A DNA stretch of 64,000 nt from Macrostomum lignano (taxonomy: Eukaryota): assembly GCA_002269645.1 (NCBI GenBank), contig NIVC01002571.1, positions 74,520 to 138,519 on the forward strand, in the 5' to 3' direction. The notes under the pieces are model-generated. The model had not been told where the DNA came from. It worked only from the letters and a program-made list of their open reading frames with translations, and ran no database searches. The first letter of the stretch is position 1; the number at the start of each line of letters is the position of its first letter. Shown piece by piece: positions 13,201-25,984 of the stretch. A program made the translations under genes and the position numbers.

Positions 13201-16200
13201 AGGAATTCTCATAGGGAGAGAAGAGGAATTCTCATAGGGAGAGAAGAAGAATTCTCATAGGGAGAGAAGAGGAATTCTCATAGGGAGAGAAGAGGAACTC
13301 TCATAGAGAGAGAAGAGGAATTGTCATAGAGAGAGAAGAGGAATTCTCATAGGGAGAGACGAGGAATTCTCATAGGGAGAGAAGAGGAATTCTCATAGAG
13401 AGAGAGAAGAGGAATTATCATAGGGAGAGAAGAGGAATTATCATAGGGAGAGAAGAGGAATTCTCATAGGCATTGAAGGGCAATCCTCATAGGGATAGAA
13501 TGCGAATCCTCATAGGGAGAGAAGAAGAATTCTCATAGGGAGAGAAGAGGAATTCTCATAGGGAGAGAAGAAGAATTCTCATAGGGAGAGAAGAGGAATT
13601 CTCATAGGGAGAGAAGAGGAATTCTCATAGGGATAGAAGAGGAATTCTCATAGGGAGAGACGAGGAATTCTCATAGGGAGAGAAGAGGAATTCTCATAGA
13701 GAGAGAAGAGGAATCCTCATAGGGAGAGAAGAGGAATTCTCATAGGGAGAGAAGAGGAATTCTCATAGGGAGAGACGAGGAATTCTCATAGGGAGAGAAG
13801 AGGAATCCTCATAGGGAGAGAAGAGGAATCCTCATAGAGAGAGAAGAAGAATTCTCATAGGGAGAGAAGAGGAATTCTCATAGGGAGAGAAGAGGAATCC
13901 TCATAGGGAGAGAAGAGGAATCCTCATAGGGAGAGAAGAGGAATCCTCATAGGAAGAGAAGAGGAATTCTCATAGGTATAGAAGGGGAATCCTCGTAGGT
14001 ATAGAAGGGGAATTCTCATAGGGAGAGAAGAAGAATTCTCATAGGGAGAGAAGAGGAATTCTCATAGAGAGAGAAGAGGAATTCTCATAGGAAGAGAAGA
14101 GGAATTCTCATAGAGAGAGAAGAGGAATTCTCATAGGGGAAGAAGAGGAATTCTCATAGGGATAGAAGGGGAATTCCCATAGGTATAGAAGGGGAATCCT
14201 CGTACGTATAGAAGGGGAATTCTCATAGGGAGAGAAGAGGAATTCTCATAGAGAGAGAAGAGGAATTCTCATAGGGAGAGAAGAGGAATTCTCATAGGGA
14301 GAGAAGAGGAATTCTCATAGGGAGAGAAGAGGAATTCTCATAGGGAGAGAAGAGGAATTCTCATAGGGAGAGAAGAGGAATTCTCATAGGGAGAGAAGAG
14401 GAATTCTCATAGGGAGAGAAGAGGAATTCTCATAGGGAGAGAAGAGGAATTCTCATAGGGAGAGAAGAGGAATTCTCATAGGGAGAGAAGAGGAATTCTC
14501 ATAGAGAGAGAAGAGGAATTCTCATCGGGAGAGAAGGGGAATCCTCATAGGGAGAGAAGAGGAATTCTCATAGGGAGAGAAGAGGAATTCTCATAGGGAT
14601 AGAAGAGGAATTCTCATAGGGAGAGACGAGGAATTCTCATAGGGAGAGAAGAGGAATTCTCATAGGGATAGAAGGGGAATTCCCATAGGTATAGAAGGGG
14701 AATCCTCGTACGTATAGAAGGGGAATTCTCATAGGGAGAGAAGAGGAATTCTCATAGAGAGAGAAGAGGAATTCTCATAGGGAGAGAAGAGGAATTCTCA
14801 TAGGGAGAGACGAGGAATTCTCATAGGGAGAGAAGAGGAATCCTCATAGGGAGAGAAGAGGAATCCTCATAGAGAGAGAAGAAGAATTCTCATAGGGAGA
14901 GAAGAGGAATTCTCATAGGGAGAGAAGAGGAATCCTCATAGGGAGAGAAGAAGAATTCTCATAGGGAGAGAAGAGGAATTCTCATAGGGAGAGAAGAGGA
15001 ATTCCCATAGGGAAAGAAGGGGAATCCTCATAGAGAGAGAAGAGGAATTCTCATAGGGAGAGAAGAGGAATTATCATAGGGAAAGAAGGGGAATCCTCAT
15101 AGGGATTGAAGGGCAATCCTCATAGGTATAGAATGCGAATCCTCATAGGGAGAGAAGAGGAATTCTCATAGGGAAAGAAGGGGAATCCTCATAGGGAGAG
15201 AAGAGGAATTCTCATAGGGAAAGAAGGGGAATCCTCATAGGGATAGAAGGCGAATCCTCATAGGGATTGAAGGGTAATTCTCAAAGGGAGAGAAATGAAG
15301 ACATGATAATGACACAGGGGATTCCTGTTGAAGATATTAAGGCGATCCCTAGTAAGTGACACGCAGAACACGCATTTCGGCGGCGGTCACAAAGTGCACT
15401 TAAACGCACCTAGCTGCACCTCCATCTGTTGCACTGACGCTCATGACACCGGCGCCGGTTCTGCTGCCGAATCCCTTGCCTTCCAGGTCCTTCTGTTAAA
15501 CAGGAGCGCAGACAGTGATCAATCGGCCTTGCGCTAATGTACAAAAATAAAGAAATAAAAAAGACAGGAAACTGGTCACCAACCAGTGAGCAGGCGGCAC
15601 TGCTGGCGCTCGTGCTGGGGCTGAAGTGCCGCGTCACCAGGTCGAGCCGGAAGCGGCGCTTTTTGTCGCCGCCGCTGGCCAGAGAGGAGATGGAGCGGGA
15701 CTTCCGCATGGGCTTGACGGGCTGGCCAACTGATGCGGCCTGAGGGTCCGCGCCGCCGCCTCCGTTGCAGCTGGTCAGGTCCTGCGGCACGGTGGGGTCT
15801 CAGCTATTTATCCAGTGCTAACAGCCAGTCTGAGCTATTTATCCAGGGCTAACAGCCAGTCTCAGCTATTTATCCAGGGCTAACAGCCAGTCTCAGCTAT
15901 TTATCCAGGGCTAACAGCCAGTCTCAGCTATTTATCCAGTGCTAACAGCCAGTCTGAGCTATTTATCCAGGGCTAACAGCCAGTCTCAGCTATTTATCCA
16001 GGGCTAACAGCCAGTCTCAGCTATTTATCCAGGGCTAACAGCCAGTCTCAGCTATTTATCCAGTGCTAACAGCCAGTCTCAGCTATTTATCCAGGGCTAA
16101 CAGCCAGTCTCAGCTATTTATCCAGGGCTAACAGCCAGTCTGAGCTATTTATCCAGGGCTAACAGCCAGTCTGAGCTATTTATCCAGTGCTAACAGCCAG

Positions 16201-19200
16201 TCAGCTATTTATCCAGGGCTAACAGCCATTTATCCAGGGCTAACAGCCAGTCTGAGCTATTTATCCAGTGCTAACAGCCAGTCTGAGCTATTTATCCAGT
16301 GCTAACAGCCAGTCAGCTATTTATCCAGGGCTAACAGCCATTTATCCAGGGCTAACAGCCAGTCTAAGCTATTTATCCAGGGCTAACAGCCAGTCTGAGC
16401 TATTTATCCAGGGCTAACAGCCAGTCTGAGCTATTTATCCAGTGCTAACAGCCAGTCAGCTATTTATCCAGGGCTAACAGCCATTTATCCAGGGCTAACA
16501 GCCAGTCTGAGCTATTTATCCAGTGCTAACAGCCAGTCTGAGCTATTTATCCAGTGCTAACAGCCAGTCAGCTATTTATCCAGGGCTAACAGCCATTTAT
16601 CCAGGGCTAACAGCCAGTCTGAGCTATTTATCCAGTGCTAACAGCCAGTCTGAGCTATTTATCCAGGGCTAACAGCCAGTCTGAGCTATTTATCCAGGGC
16701 TAACAGCCAGTCTGAGCTATTTATCCAGGGCTAACAGCCAGTCTGAGCTATTTATCCAGGGCTAACAGCCAGTCTGAGCTATTTATCCAGTGCTAACAGC
16801 CAGTCTGAGCTATTTATCCAGTGCTAACAGCCAGTCTGAGCTATTTATCCAGGGCTAACAGCCAGTCTGAGCTATTTATCCAGGGCTAACAGCCAGTCTG
16901 AGCTATTTATCCAGGGCTAACAGCCAGTCTGAGCTATTTATCCAGTGCTAACAGCCAGTCTGAGCTATTTATCCAGGGCTAACAGCCAGTCTAAGCTATT
17001 TATCCAGGGCTAACAGCCAGTCTGAGATATTTATCCAGTGCTAACAGCCAGTCTGAGATATTTATCCAGTGCTAACAGCCAGTCTGAGCTATTTATGCAG
17101 GGCTAACAGCCAGTCTGAGCTATTTATCCAGGGCTAACAGCCAGTCTGAGCTATTTATCCAGTGCTAACAGCCAGTCTGAGCTATTTATCCAGGGCTAAC
17201 AGCCAGTCTAAGCTATTTATCCAGGGCTAACAGCCAGTCTGAGATATTTATCCAGTGCTAACAGCCAGTCTGAGATATTTATCCAGTGCTAACAGCCAGT
17301 CTGAGCTATTTATGCAGGGCTAACAGCCAGTCTGAGATATTTATCCAGGGCTAACAGCCAGTCTGAGCTATTTATCCAGGGCTAACAGCCAGTCTGAGCT
17401 ATTTATCCAGGGCTAACAGCCAGTCTGAGCTATTTATCCAGGGCTAACAGCCAGTCTGAGCTATTTATGCAGGGCTAACAGCCAGTCTCAGCTATTTATC
17501 CAGGGCTAACAGCCAGTCTGAGCTATTTATCCAGGGCTAACAGCCAGTCTGAGCTATTTATCCAGTGCTAACAGCCAGTCTGAGATATTTATCCAGTGCT
17601 AACAGCCAGTCTGAGCTATTTATCCAGGGCTAACAGCCAGTCTGAGCTATTTATCCAGGGCTAACAGCCAGTCTCAGCTATTTATCCAGGGCTAACAGCC
17701 AGTCTGAGATATTTATCCAGGGCTAACAGCCAGTCTCAGCTATTTATCCAGGGCTAACAGCCAGTCTGAGATCTTTATCCACACACCAGTATCTCAGCGC
17801 ACTCGTCCCTCAGCCGGGTCGCCTTGTCCACCAGCTGCTGCAGCATGGCGTCCACCTGAGCCAAGGAGGTCTGGTCGGCAGTCTCAGGATGGTGCTGATA
17901 GGTCTGACGCAGCTTCTTCAGGCCCTCACTGTGGGAGATTAATTCATTAAACCACATGAAGACAGTTTGTGTTCGTCCGCCGGAGAATTCATTGAAACAA
18001 GACACTCACATCTCTTTCATAGCCTTCTGCAGGTCCGCCTCCTTGTCCTTGAGCTGTTCCTCGAGCTTGCGCTTCTGCTGTGCTGGCCCGAGCTGGAGAA
18101 GAAACACAGATAAGAAATGAAGCCAATTAACAGTAGAGCTACTGGGGGGGGGGCGTTGGGGTGATGACGGAATGCCTGAGAGACCAGCTGAGGATGTCCA
18201 GCAGTTGAGGCTTGATCAGCGAAACTAGAGAAATTCGAATCAGAGTGTCAATAGTCTCCTGGTGCCACCTGTTGAAGGTTCAGAAGCTCCGCCTGGGTGA
18301 AGGCCAGTGACCAACGAAGTCAGAGCTGATGCAGACACATGTGGTCGACGTGCTGATGAAATTTGGAGACTTGGCAAGGCCGCACTGAGGCGCAGTGCTG
18401 ATTGGCGCACAGGGGTTGTACTGAATACACTGGCGCTTATGGGAAAAATCCGACCTTCTGGCAGAATCGTCGAATATCTCGACGGTTCGGAGGGCTGGCG
18501 ACTTGATTCTTGTTTGAGGCGAGCAAAAAAGGCGATACAAAAAACCTTTGATACTACTACCGAAAGGAATAATCGGTAAGTAGTATGCTACTCAGAACAT
18601 TAATATGAAATAAAAATTTCTAACCCACCGCTTTGCTTGACCGCAGCGTGCTGAACAGCCTGGCTGCCCTGTGACTCCGCGGCGGAGTGGCGTGCTGCAG
18701 CGACACCGAGTCCCCGTCCGCCGACAATGCGGAAGCCGCCGGCGAGCCGTCGGCAGCCGAGGCTGACAGATCCTCAAACGGAGCGTCGCCTGGCAGCGGA
18801 TTCCCCGACGCTGTAACACGAAGAAATTCAGCAACGTCGCCATCGGCTGACACGGTCAGCGCCCGCTGCTGCAGACTCTTGGCGCAGCTCGCCTGCACGG
18901 CCAGCCGGTCCAGCTGCGCCTGCGCCCAGGCGCCGAACTCGCGGCTGCAGGCGTCGCAGAAACTGCGGTGAAGCTGCTCGAGGCCGGACAGCTGCTCAGG
19001 CAGGCCTCGCTGGATGAAGTCCGCCTTAAAGCGTGTGGAGAGACGGGGGTTCGAGTCCGCTCACTATTCACCTCCATTCTGTTGATCTGGTTCTATTAAA
19101 CAAGCCGGGCAGACTGGCCGGTCATCGCCCCCCCCCCAGCCGGGCAGACTGGCCGGTCATCGCCCCCCCAGCCGGGCAGAATGGCCGGTAATCGCCCCCT

Positions 19201-22200
19201 CCCCCAACCCCCCCAACCAGGTAGACTGGCCGGTCCCCCCCCCAACCAGGTAGACTGGCCGGTCCCCCCAACCAGGTAGACTGGCCGGTCCTTCCCCCCA
19301 ACCAGGTAGACTGGCCGGTCCCCCCCAGGTAGACTGGCCGGTCATCCCCCCCCCCCGGGCAGACGGGCCTCACCTGCACAGTATTGAACTCGGTGATTTC
19401 CTTGGCGTAGCCGTTGCGCCGGTCCTCGCACAGGTCAGCCTTGGCCCGGTAGGCCAGCTGCAGGCGCTCCTCCTCAGCGCGGGTCACATCGCGGCTCTCC
19501 TTGGCGGCAGCGTATTCTTCCCAGGCCCGACGCATGTCGCTGTGCGCCTTGTGGTACTGAGCTCGCGCCTGCTCCAGCTGGGCCCGGCTCCGTTCGACAT
19601 CCTTAGAGCTGGCGGCTAAGCGCCGTTCTACCAGCTGCTCCTGTTTGTTCATTTCGCGAAGCCAGTCGCGCAGTTCGCGAGACGAGCGCAGCAGATCGTC
19701 GCGCAGATTCTCGTGCTGATTGGCTAAAGCGGTGAGCTCGCTAAGCGAGTCTTCGAATGCCGTTTGCGCGGTGAATCTGCGTGACGCGGGCGAAGTATTT
19801 GCCTGCCTTGCATCGCTTCAGACAATGGGGCTGTTTGACGCGATTTTCGGGCTGTCCAGGGCGATTCTTGAGCAGGAAGGGCTGTCCAGGGCGATTCTTG
19901 AGCAGGAAGGGCTGTCCAGGGCGATTCTTGAGGGCAGGGGCAGTCCAGGGCGATTCTTGAGGGGTAAGGGCAGTCCAGGGCGATTCTTGAGGGGGAAGGG
20001 CAGTCCAGGGCGATTCTTGAGGGGGAAGGGCAGTCCAGGGCGATTCTTGAGGGGGAAGGGCAGTCCAGGGCGATTCTTGAGGGGGAAGGGCAGTCCAGGG
20101 CGATTCTTGAGGGGGAAGGGCAGTCCAGGGCGATTCTTGAGGGGGAAGGGCAGTCCAGGGCGATTCTTGAGGGGGAAGGGCTGTGCAGGGCGATTCTTGA
20201 GGGGGAAGGGCAGTCCAGGGCGATTCTTGAGGGGGAAGGGCAGTCCAGGGCGATTCTTGAGGGAAAAGGGCTGTCCAAGGCGATTCTTGAGGGGGAAGGG
20301 CTGTCCAGAGCGATTCATCAGGGGGGCTGTCCAAGGCGATTTTTTAGGGAAGGGGCTGTCCTGGGCGGTTTTAAATAGGGACAGTCAGACAAGAGACTGT
20401 TCGCATTAGGGCAAAAAATATAATATATAGATACACAAAAATATATGTAAATCTTAAAAAAGCAATAAATCCGCATACAATCGCAACATGCTGTATGCTA
20501 AATCTGCCAGCTGTTCTAACTCATCAGGAAGTTCTCTGCATAAAGTGTGAATTGGAATTCAGTCCAAGTCGCGTGGGATCGCAGACCGAGTAAGCTTTAA
20601 ATATTTAGTTAGCATCTGTACGGCACATAAGCCAATACTTCTGGCACATTAAAGATGGCCACTTCCTGTGTACACGAGGCTGAATGCAAATTAGGGTCTC
20701 TCACCATGGTATCTTTCTATCTGAGCCTTGCGCCCGAAACAAGTAGATCAGTATCTATAGTTATGCAATGAGATACAAATCCAAAATGGTCATCGCCTGT
20801 ACTACAGACTGTGTTCAGTTTCTGAGCACGACAAAAGTCAAACTAAAATAACATTGCAATCAATTTAAAAATACTTTAAAAACAAATTATGCCAAGACCA
20901 TCATAATTGATATTAAGGCACTCACTTGAACTTCTCCCTCTTGTCGAAGTCTTTTGGCTTGAACTCCTTGCATAGCTTTCTGTGGTAATGAAAAGGTATT
21001 TTAAGAAACATTACTAACAGGACCTTGCACTGTAATTAGGTGCTAATTATTATAGACTCACTTAATTTCCTTTGCATATTTCTCTTCAATTTTGCAGCGC
21101 CTCTCAAGAAAGTCAGAGCAATGCTTCAAAAAGTCAATGTTGTACTTAGTGAAGTTGTATAACTGTGGATTGTATGTGTCCTAAAACAATGAAAAAGGTC
21201 AATAAACTTAGTTGTTGTCATCATTTTTAGCCAAAATGTAAAAATCCCAAAAAAGAAATCACATAGCGAATCCTTTTTATTCAATTAAATACTCAAGACA
21301 TTTTTTCTTTCTAAATTGTCAAGCCATAGCAATGTCTGCTTTTTATATCTTACTTTCTAAGTGGAATTTGATACAAAACAGTTCTAAGAATAAAAAAACA
21401 ATTTTTTTAAAATAAAAAGATGAGCTAAATGTTATAAAGATGTTTTAAAGATTAGATAATAAGTAATCATTTTAGGTTTTAGATAGGTATTAATTCAAGC
21501 TTTTTATATATAGTATAGGCTAGAATCCATAGTGCGGAAAGATGTCTGTGTATGACAGAATGTAAATTAAAATTTTGGCTTGTTGTATGACAGTACGACA
21601 GGGATTGAAAAATGGTACTACTGGTGTACAATAGGGTACAATACCAAAACTTTAACTATTTTACCAATCTAAACTTGAAGAATTTGGGTCTATGAAATTT
21701 GCTAGCACGAAATTTGCTTGCCAAAATCTGCTAGCCAAAATTTGCTAGCCGAAACCTGCTAGCCAAGGTTTGCTAGCCAAAATCTGCTAGCCAAAATTTG
21801 CTAGCAGGAATTTGCTGACTGAACTTCTTGCAACCAGTGTCAAAAGATTGCTTGTTTTCTGGCAATGGCAATGCATTGTTTTAGCTAAAAAAATCCAGAG
21901 AAGTGGGTAAAAATTCCAAATATTTTATAACTAAAAGCATCAGCATCATTTCAAGTGCTTGGAAAGTCAGTTTGTCATTGTGGGGGACAGAATACTCTCA
22001 AGTTGCAATCAGATAGCTCATAGTAGGACAGTAATTGAATTCATTACTGAACTATCATGGCAAAATGTTAGCAAAGAAGGCTATAAATAGTTATTCTAAA
22101 AACACTGTACATTTGCTATGTACATTGAGCCCTACCACTTGATCCTTGGTCTGGGGGAAAGAGTGAGTGAGTAGCACAAACAACAGAAAAAGCAGACAAA

Positions 22201-23569
22201 CTTCACATGCCTACAGTTTCTGTTCTGAGGTACAAAGTTGAGACTTTATATTTAGACAGAGAATGAGTAAATGAAGAATTGTATCAAGTTTGAAGTCAAT
22301 TGCTGTATGTGGAGCAAACTTATGGCAGCTGAAATTAGTTAATTTTAAACCCCTTTCACACATCCATCCAGTGGTCAGGAAGGAGAGAGAGGTGGAGGTT
22401 TGGGTGGCTGTCTTGCTGACAAAAAGCAGACTAACTTTAAAAGTACACAGTGCCATTCAGAATTAACTTCGAGACTTGAAACTTTATACACAATTGTGTC
22501 AAAATAGTTGAAAATTGGATTGTGTCCAATTTGAAGAGGATTTGTAAAGGTAAAATTGGAGCAACGCTATAGAGGATTTAGTGAAATTCTTGCGAAACTG
22601 GACAAGCAAATTGTCTCTAGCTAATTACAACTTCCTGAGTTCGGCTAGCCAAATTGCTGCTTGCCAGTTTTGGTTGGATTCTTGCTAGCAGATTTTGGCT
22701 AGCTAAATCCTCACAAGCAAAATTCCTGCTAGCAACTTTTGGCCAGCAAAATTCTTGCTAGCAAATCTCGGCTAGCAAAATCTTTGCTGGCAAAATTCGT
22801 GCTAGCAAGCTTTGGCTGGCAAACTTTGGCTAGCAGATTTCGGCTAGCAAACCTTAGCTAGCAAGTTTTGGCTAGCAAATTTCTCACTAGCAAACTTGTA
22901 CTCCCAAAGAATTCTTTATAACTTAAAATTTAAAAATAATAATTTAAAAGTAATAATAGATTTATTAGTTTAGATAGCCTTTTTAATTTTAGCAAGAATT
23001 TAAGCTTAGCATTATGAAAACAAATTATTTATTATTATAATAATACATTTAGATTTTAGCAATTCAAATTAACTTTAGCAAGAAAAAACCAGCACTAAGT
23101 TTTCAACTTTCCCAATACAAAAGTTTAAAAAATCCATTTTATTAAATTAAATACAAAAGTGAAATCACTATAAACTATAGATATAAATATCTTAGACTAC
23201 AAGCTATAATCATTTATTAAAGTATACAAGATATTATTAAAAAGTTTATACAGGGATGTGTTATTCATTTCATAAGCCTATATCCTTAATTTTTATCCAT
23301 TTATTTATCAATCTTGTCATTTTATTTATATTGTATTATCATTGCAATGTAAAATTTGATGTTTAAATTTTTAACTTATTAAAAAAACATTCAAATTTGA
23401 AGAGATATTTAAAGTATCATAGTTATTAAGTAGCGAAGTGCAAAACATAACTCCACCTTTTAATGTAAAAAAATGCCAATTAGAAAGGTTAAATTTGTAA
23501 ACTAAGTCTAAACAGGGATGTTTGTCAGCATACCCAAAGTCTGTTGTCCCACGTTGAAGTAGCTGTCAT
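10300..23569 (-). CDS. Cip4: CIP4/FNBP1/Toca-1 family F-BAR + HR1 + SH3 protein, about 600 aa, 10 exons
   Basis: Exons: 23569-23534 (MTATSTWDNRLW), 21180-21062 (DTYNPQL...FLERRCKIEEKYAKEIK), 20979-20926, 19776-19374 (FTAQTAFEDSLSELTALANQHE), 19024-18629, 18092-18010 (LGPAQQKRKLEEQL, HR1), 17928-17787 (EGLKKLRQTY...), 15781-15580, 15492-15420, 10603-10300 (SH3: AEMLYDF...DWSLVRR...GYVPTAY). All are GT-AG and phase-consistent; boundaries around the 73-nt exon are ambiguous. Confidence 0.88.
10660..15295. repeat. 23-bp minisatellite (AGGGAGAGAAGAGGAATTCTCAT)n, about 200 copies, in the last intron of the CIP4-like gene
   Basis: 4.6-kb tandem array with an EcoRI site in most units and recurring variant blocks. 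Confidence 0.98.
15800..17780. repeat. 31-bp minisatellite (GAGCTATTTATCCAGGGCTAACAGCCAGTCT)n, about 64 copies
   Basis: Fills almost the whole intron 15782-17786. Confidence 0.98.
19095..19365. repeat. About 28-bp C-tract minisatellite (CAGGTAGACTGGCCGGTC-Cn-AAC)
   Basis: About 9 tandem copies in intron 19025-19373. Confidence 0.9.
19850..20350. repeat. 30-bp G-rich minisatellite (GGGCGATTCTTGAGGGGGAAGGGCAGTCCA)n
   Basis: About 16 tandem copies; the overlapping ORFs are 10-aa repeat artefacts. Confidence 0.95.
21684..22907. mobile_element. Putative non-autonomous foldback-like DNA element with inverted arrays of a GCTAGC-core (about 16-17 bp) subterminal repeat
   Basis: The left array (AAATTTGCTAGCC..., 21695-21820) and right array (GGCTAGCAAATTT..., 22640-22895) are in opposite orientation. 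Termini are TTGGG...CCCAA, flanked by a candidate 5-bp TSD AGAAT (21679-21683 and 22908-22912). Confidence 0.55.
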
Positions 23570-24610
23570 TTTCGTGCCGTGCCTCTTATATTATAGGTTT
23601 AAATAATTTTGGTGTTCAAATTAGTTATTAAAAGTAAAGTATTCTACGGTGCTGTCGGTGCACGACTAGAAACAGGAAATAATTTTATCGTTGTAAAAAG
23701 GCTGAAAATATTATTTCAAGTGTCACAAAGAGGAATCTCCTAAGTTATATAAACCATTCTTATCCGCTAAAAATATCTAATTAATTTTTCTTTCTGACCG
23801 TTCTTTCACAGTGAATTGCGTATGACACTTAAGAAGTAATAACCACAGCTTGAGTTTTAAGGGCGGGCCGATTTTCATTTCTTGGCAATAAGCCTATTTG
23901 AATTCACATTAAGGTGAAGATTAAATTAGTTTTTTTACGGATTTAAAAACAGTCTGGTTTAATTTGTTTTGAATTTTCTTATTATACAGTTATAGCTTTT
24001 AATAAATACGGCTTCTAAAAAAATTTTGCGTTTGGTTTGGTTTAACGTTTAAATAATTTCACGTCGGTTCGTGCCGGTTTGTTCAAAATGCATATTGCAA
24101 ATCTTTTTAGTCTGCACCTAATCTCAGTGCTTCTGAGAGGTGTCAGTGCGTGCTAAAAAAACAATAATAGATATTGTCTTCGGAAGTATCAAAGTACGAT
24201 TTAACGAGGCTATAATTAAATTGCAATCGAGAAATGACAGCTTGGTACCGTGATACGTGTGAGACTTAGAAAAAATGCGTGTACATTACATGCACACATT
24301 TACATATGACTTCAGCAAAATCTTTAACTTCTGGTTCATCCTTGCTTTGCTTAATCACAATAATTTTAAAGACAATATGAAGTTCTCTCAGAAGGGCTAA
24401 TATAATATATTTGGAAATTCGGAAACTGTAACGGTTTTTTGTAATATAGGCATGCCACGGCATTAGTGAACTACTACATTACTGGAGTAATTACTTGTTA
24501 ATTTATCAATGGTTTTAATTTAGAGGGATTCAGAAAGTAGCATACTTGTGGGTAGCCTGTTCAGCTAAATGTAGCTGCACGAAGTTGCAAAGCCATAATG
24601 TCAAATTGAC

Positions 24611-25435
24611 TCACAGTGATGTGCCTTTCAGCCAACGCCAAATATATAGAAAAAGATTTAAAACGTTGCACATGAAGGAACAACAGACAGATACGCCAAC
24701 AAAAATGGTGTAATAGTTTTGAAAACACAACTCTTGTCTGCTCAGAGTTTTGTACGGTAATAAATTCATTATGTCAGCATCGGAGCCGCGCAGAGTTCCA
24801 TATCTGTCTCCATGGTACAGCCGCACTTGATCGTTGGCTTTAGCTATGCTGCACCTGGCCGCATAGCCCATAAATAGCGAGATTAGAAACAAAGCAAAGT
24901 AGGCCGTGATGGCAATCTGGACACCGGCAATCAGGCAGAATGCTCGCTTCTCCGCATTGCGAAAGCTTTGCATCCTGGACGTGCGAAAGTCCAACAGGAG
25001 AACGCGGAGGCAGCAGTGCTGACACACGCCCGATCGTGGTCGGGTCACGGCCGGCTCGGGAGTCGCCTTCAAGCTGTCCTCAGCATCGCTAATGGCGGGC
25101 TCTTCGTGGTGCCGGGCAGCAGTTTCTGGGGTGTCGGGACAGCAGCAGGCATTGTTGCACCAGGCGCTACAGAGACCGGCTGCCACTGCGTACAGCCATC
25201 CGAGCAACAGAGGCCATACCGTCTGGAAGATGGCGTGGAAGGCTAAGAACACGTTGCACACCGGAAGGCTGTCCTCGTTGATGCCCGAGTCCTTCGCGTC
25301 AATCTTGAGGTAGAGCGGGCAGATGCCCTCAAACTTAGTGAAAATCTCTAAGGCGAAGACAATCGTGAAGATCAGGCCAGCAGTGAAGTTGAACAAGTAG
25401 ATGGCAGTGTGAAGAGTGCCGATTTTAATGCTCAT
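24611..25435 (-). CDS. Intronless four-TM membrane protein, TMEM179-like (274 aa)
   Basis: ATG-to-TGA ORF with four hydrophobic segments. FEGICPLY and SLPVCNVF resemble the TMEM179 F.G.C.L[FY] and C.F motifs; GYAARCSI follows TM3; Cys-rich cytoplasmic loop. Confidence 0.7.
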   Translation of the reverse strand: MSIKIGTLHTAIYLFNFTAGLIFTIVFALEIFTKFEGICPLYLKIDAKDSGINEDSLPVCNVFLAFHAIFQTVWPLLLGWLYAVAAGLCSAWCNNACCCPDTPETAARHHEEPAISDAEDSLKATPEPAVTRPRSGVCQHCCLRVLLLDFRTSRMQSFRNAEKRAFCLIAGVQIAITAYFALFLISLFMGYAARCSIAKANDQVRLYHGDRYGTLRGSDADIMNLLPYKTLSRQELCFQNYYTIFVGVSVCCSFMCNVLNLFLYIWRWLKGTSL

Positions 25436-25984
25436 TTTTCTAGAATATCTGATTCAAATTTCTATATATTTGCAGGAACAGTGCCAAAAGTTTTTGTTAT
25501 AAAAACTACACCAAATTGCCACTCTGGTCTGAGATTGCTGATTAATCAGACATTTGAACTTGCAGCTGCTTTGACCATAGACAATAAAGCTACTACACAC
25601 TGTGTTGTATTAACCGTTAGATTAAGGCATGAAAGCATCGATGATTATTATACCAAGAAATTTTATCGGGAGGAGAGGTATATTGTCTATGGTAAAAAGT
25701 GCTGGCTTATTGATGCACACTTTGGGGAAATGTGTTAATTTCTTTATTGCATACATTATTGAGCAAAAAGGAACGAAGTAGTCAATTCTTACACTGCTAT
25801 ACTACTTATTCTCGTAGTAGCTTAAAGGTACATGTACAAAACATCTACTGGTCTATATAATAGCAAATTTCTCCTTGTCCTTGTCGATGCTTTAGCAGTA
25901 TAGATTTTTTAATCTCTCATTATAGTTACATTCATTGTTCATCTCTATCCACACATCCTACTAAGATTTAAACTTTAGGTTATG

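Noticed and set aside
18410-18500. SDFSH peptide resembling the CIP4 DFSHLPP motif on the minus strand
   Set aside because: There is no GT donor after the His codon and no convincing phase-0 acceptor; probably coincidence.
19720-20409. Collagen-like or GSPGR repeat protein
   Set aside because: Translation of the 30-bp intronic minisatellite.
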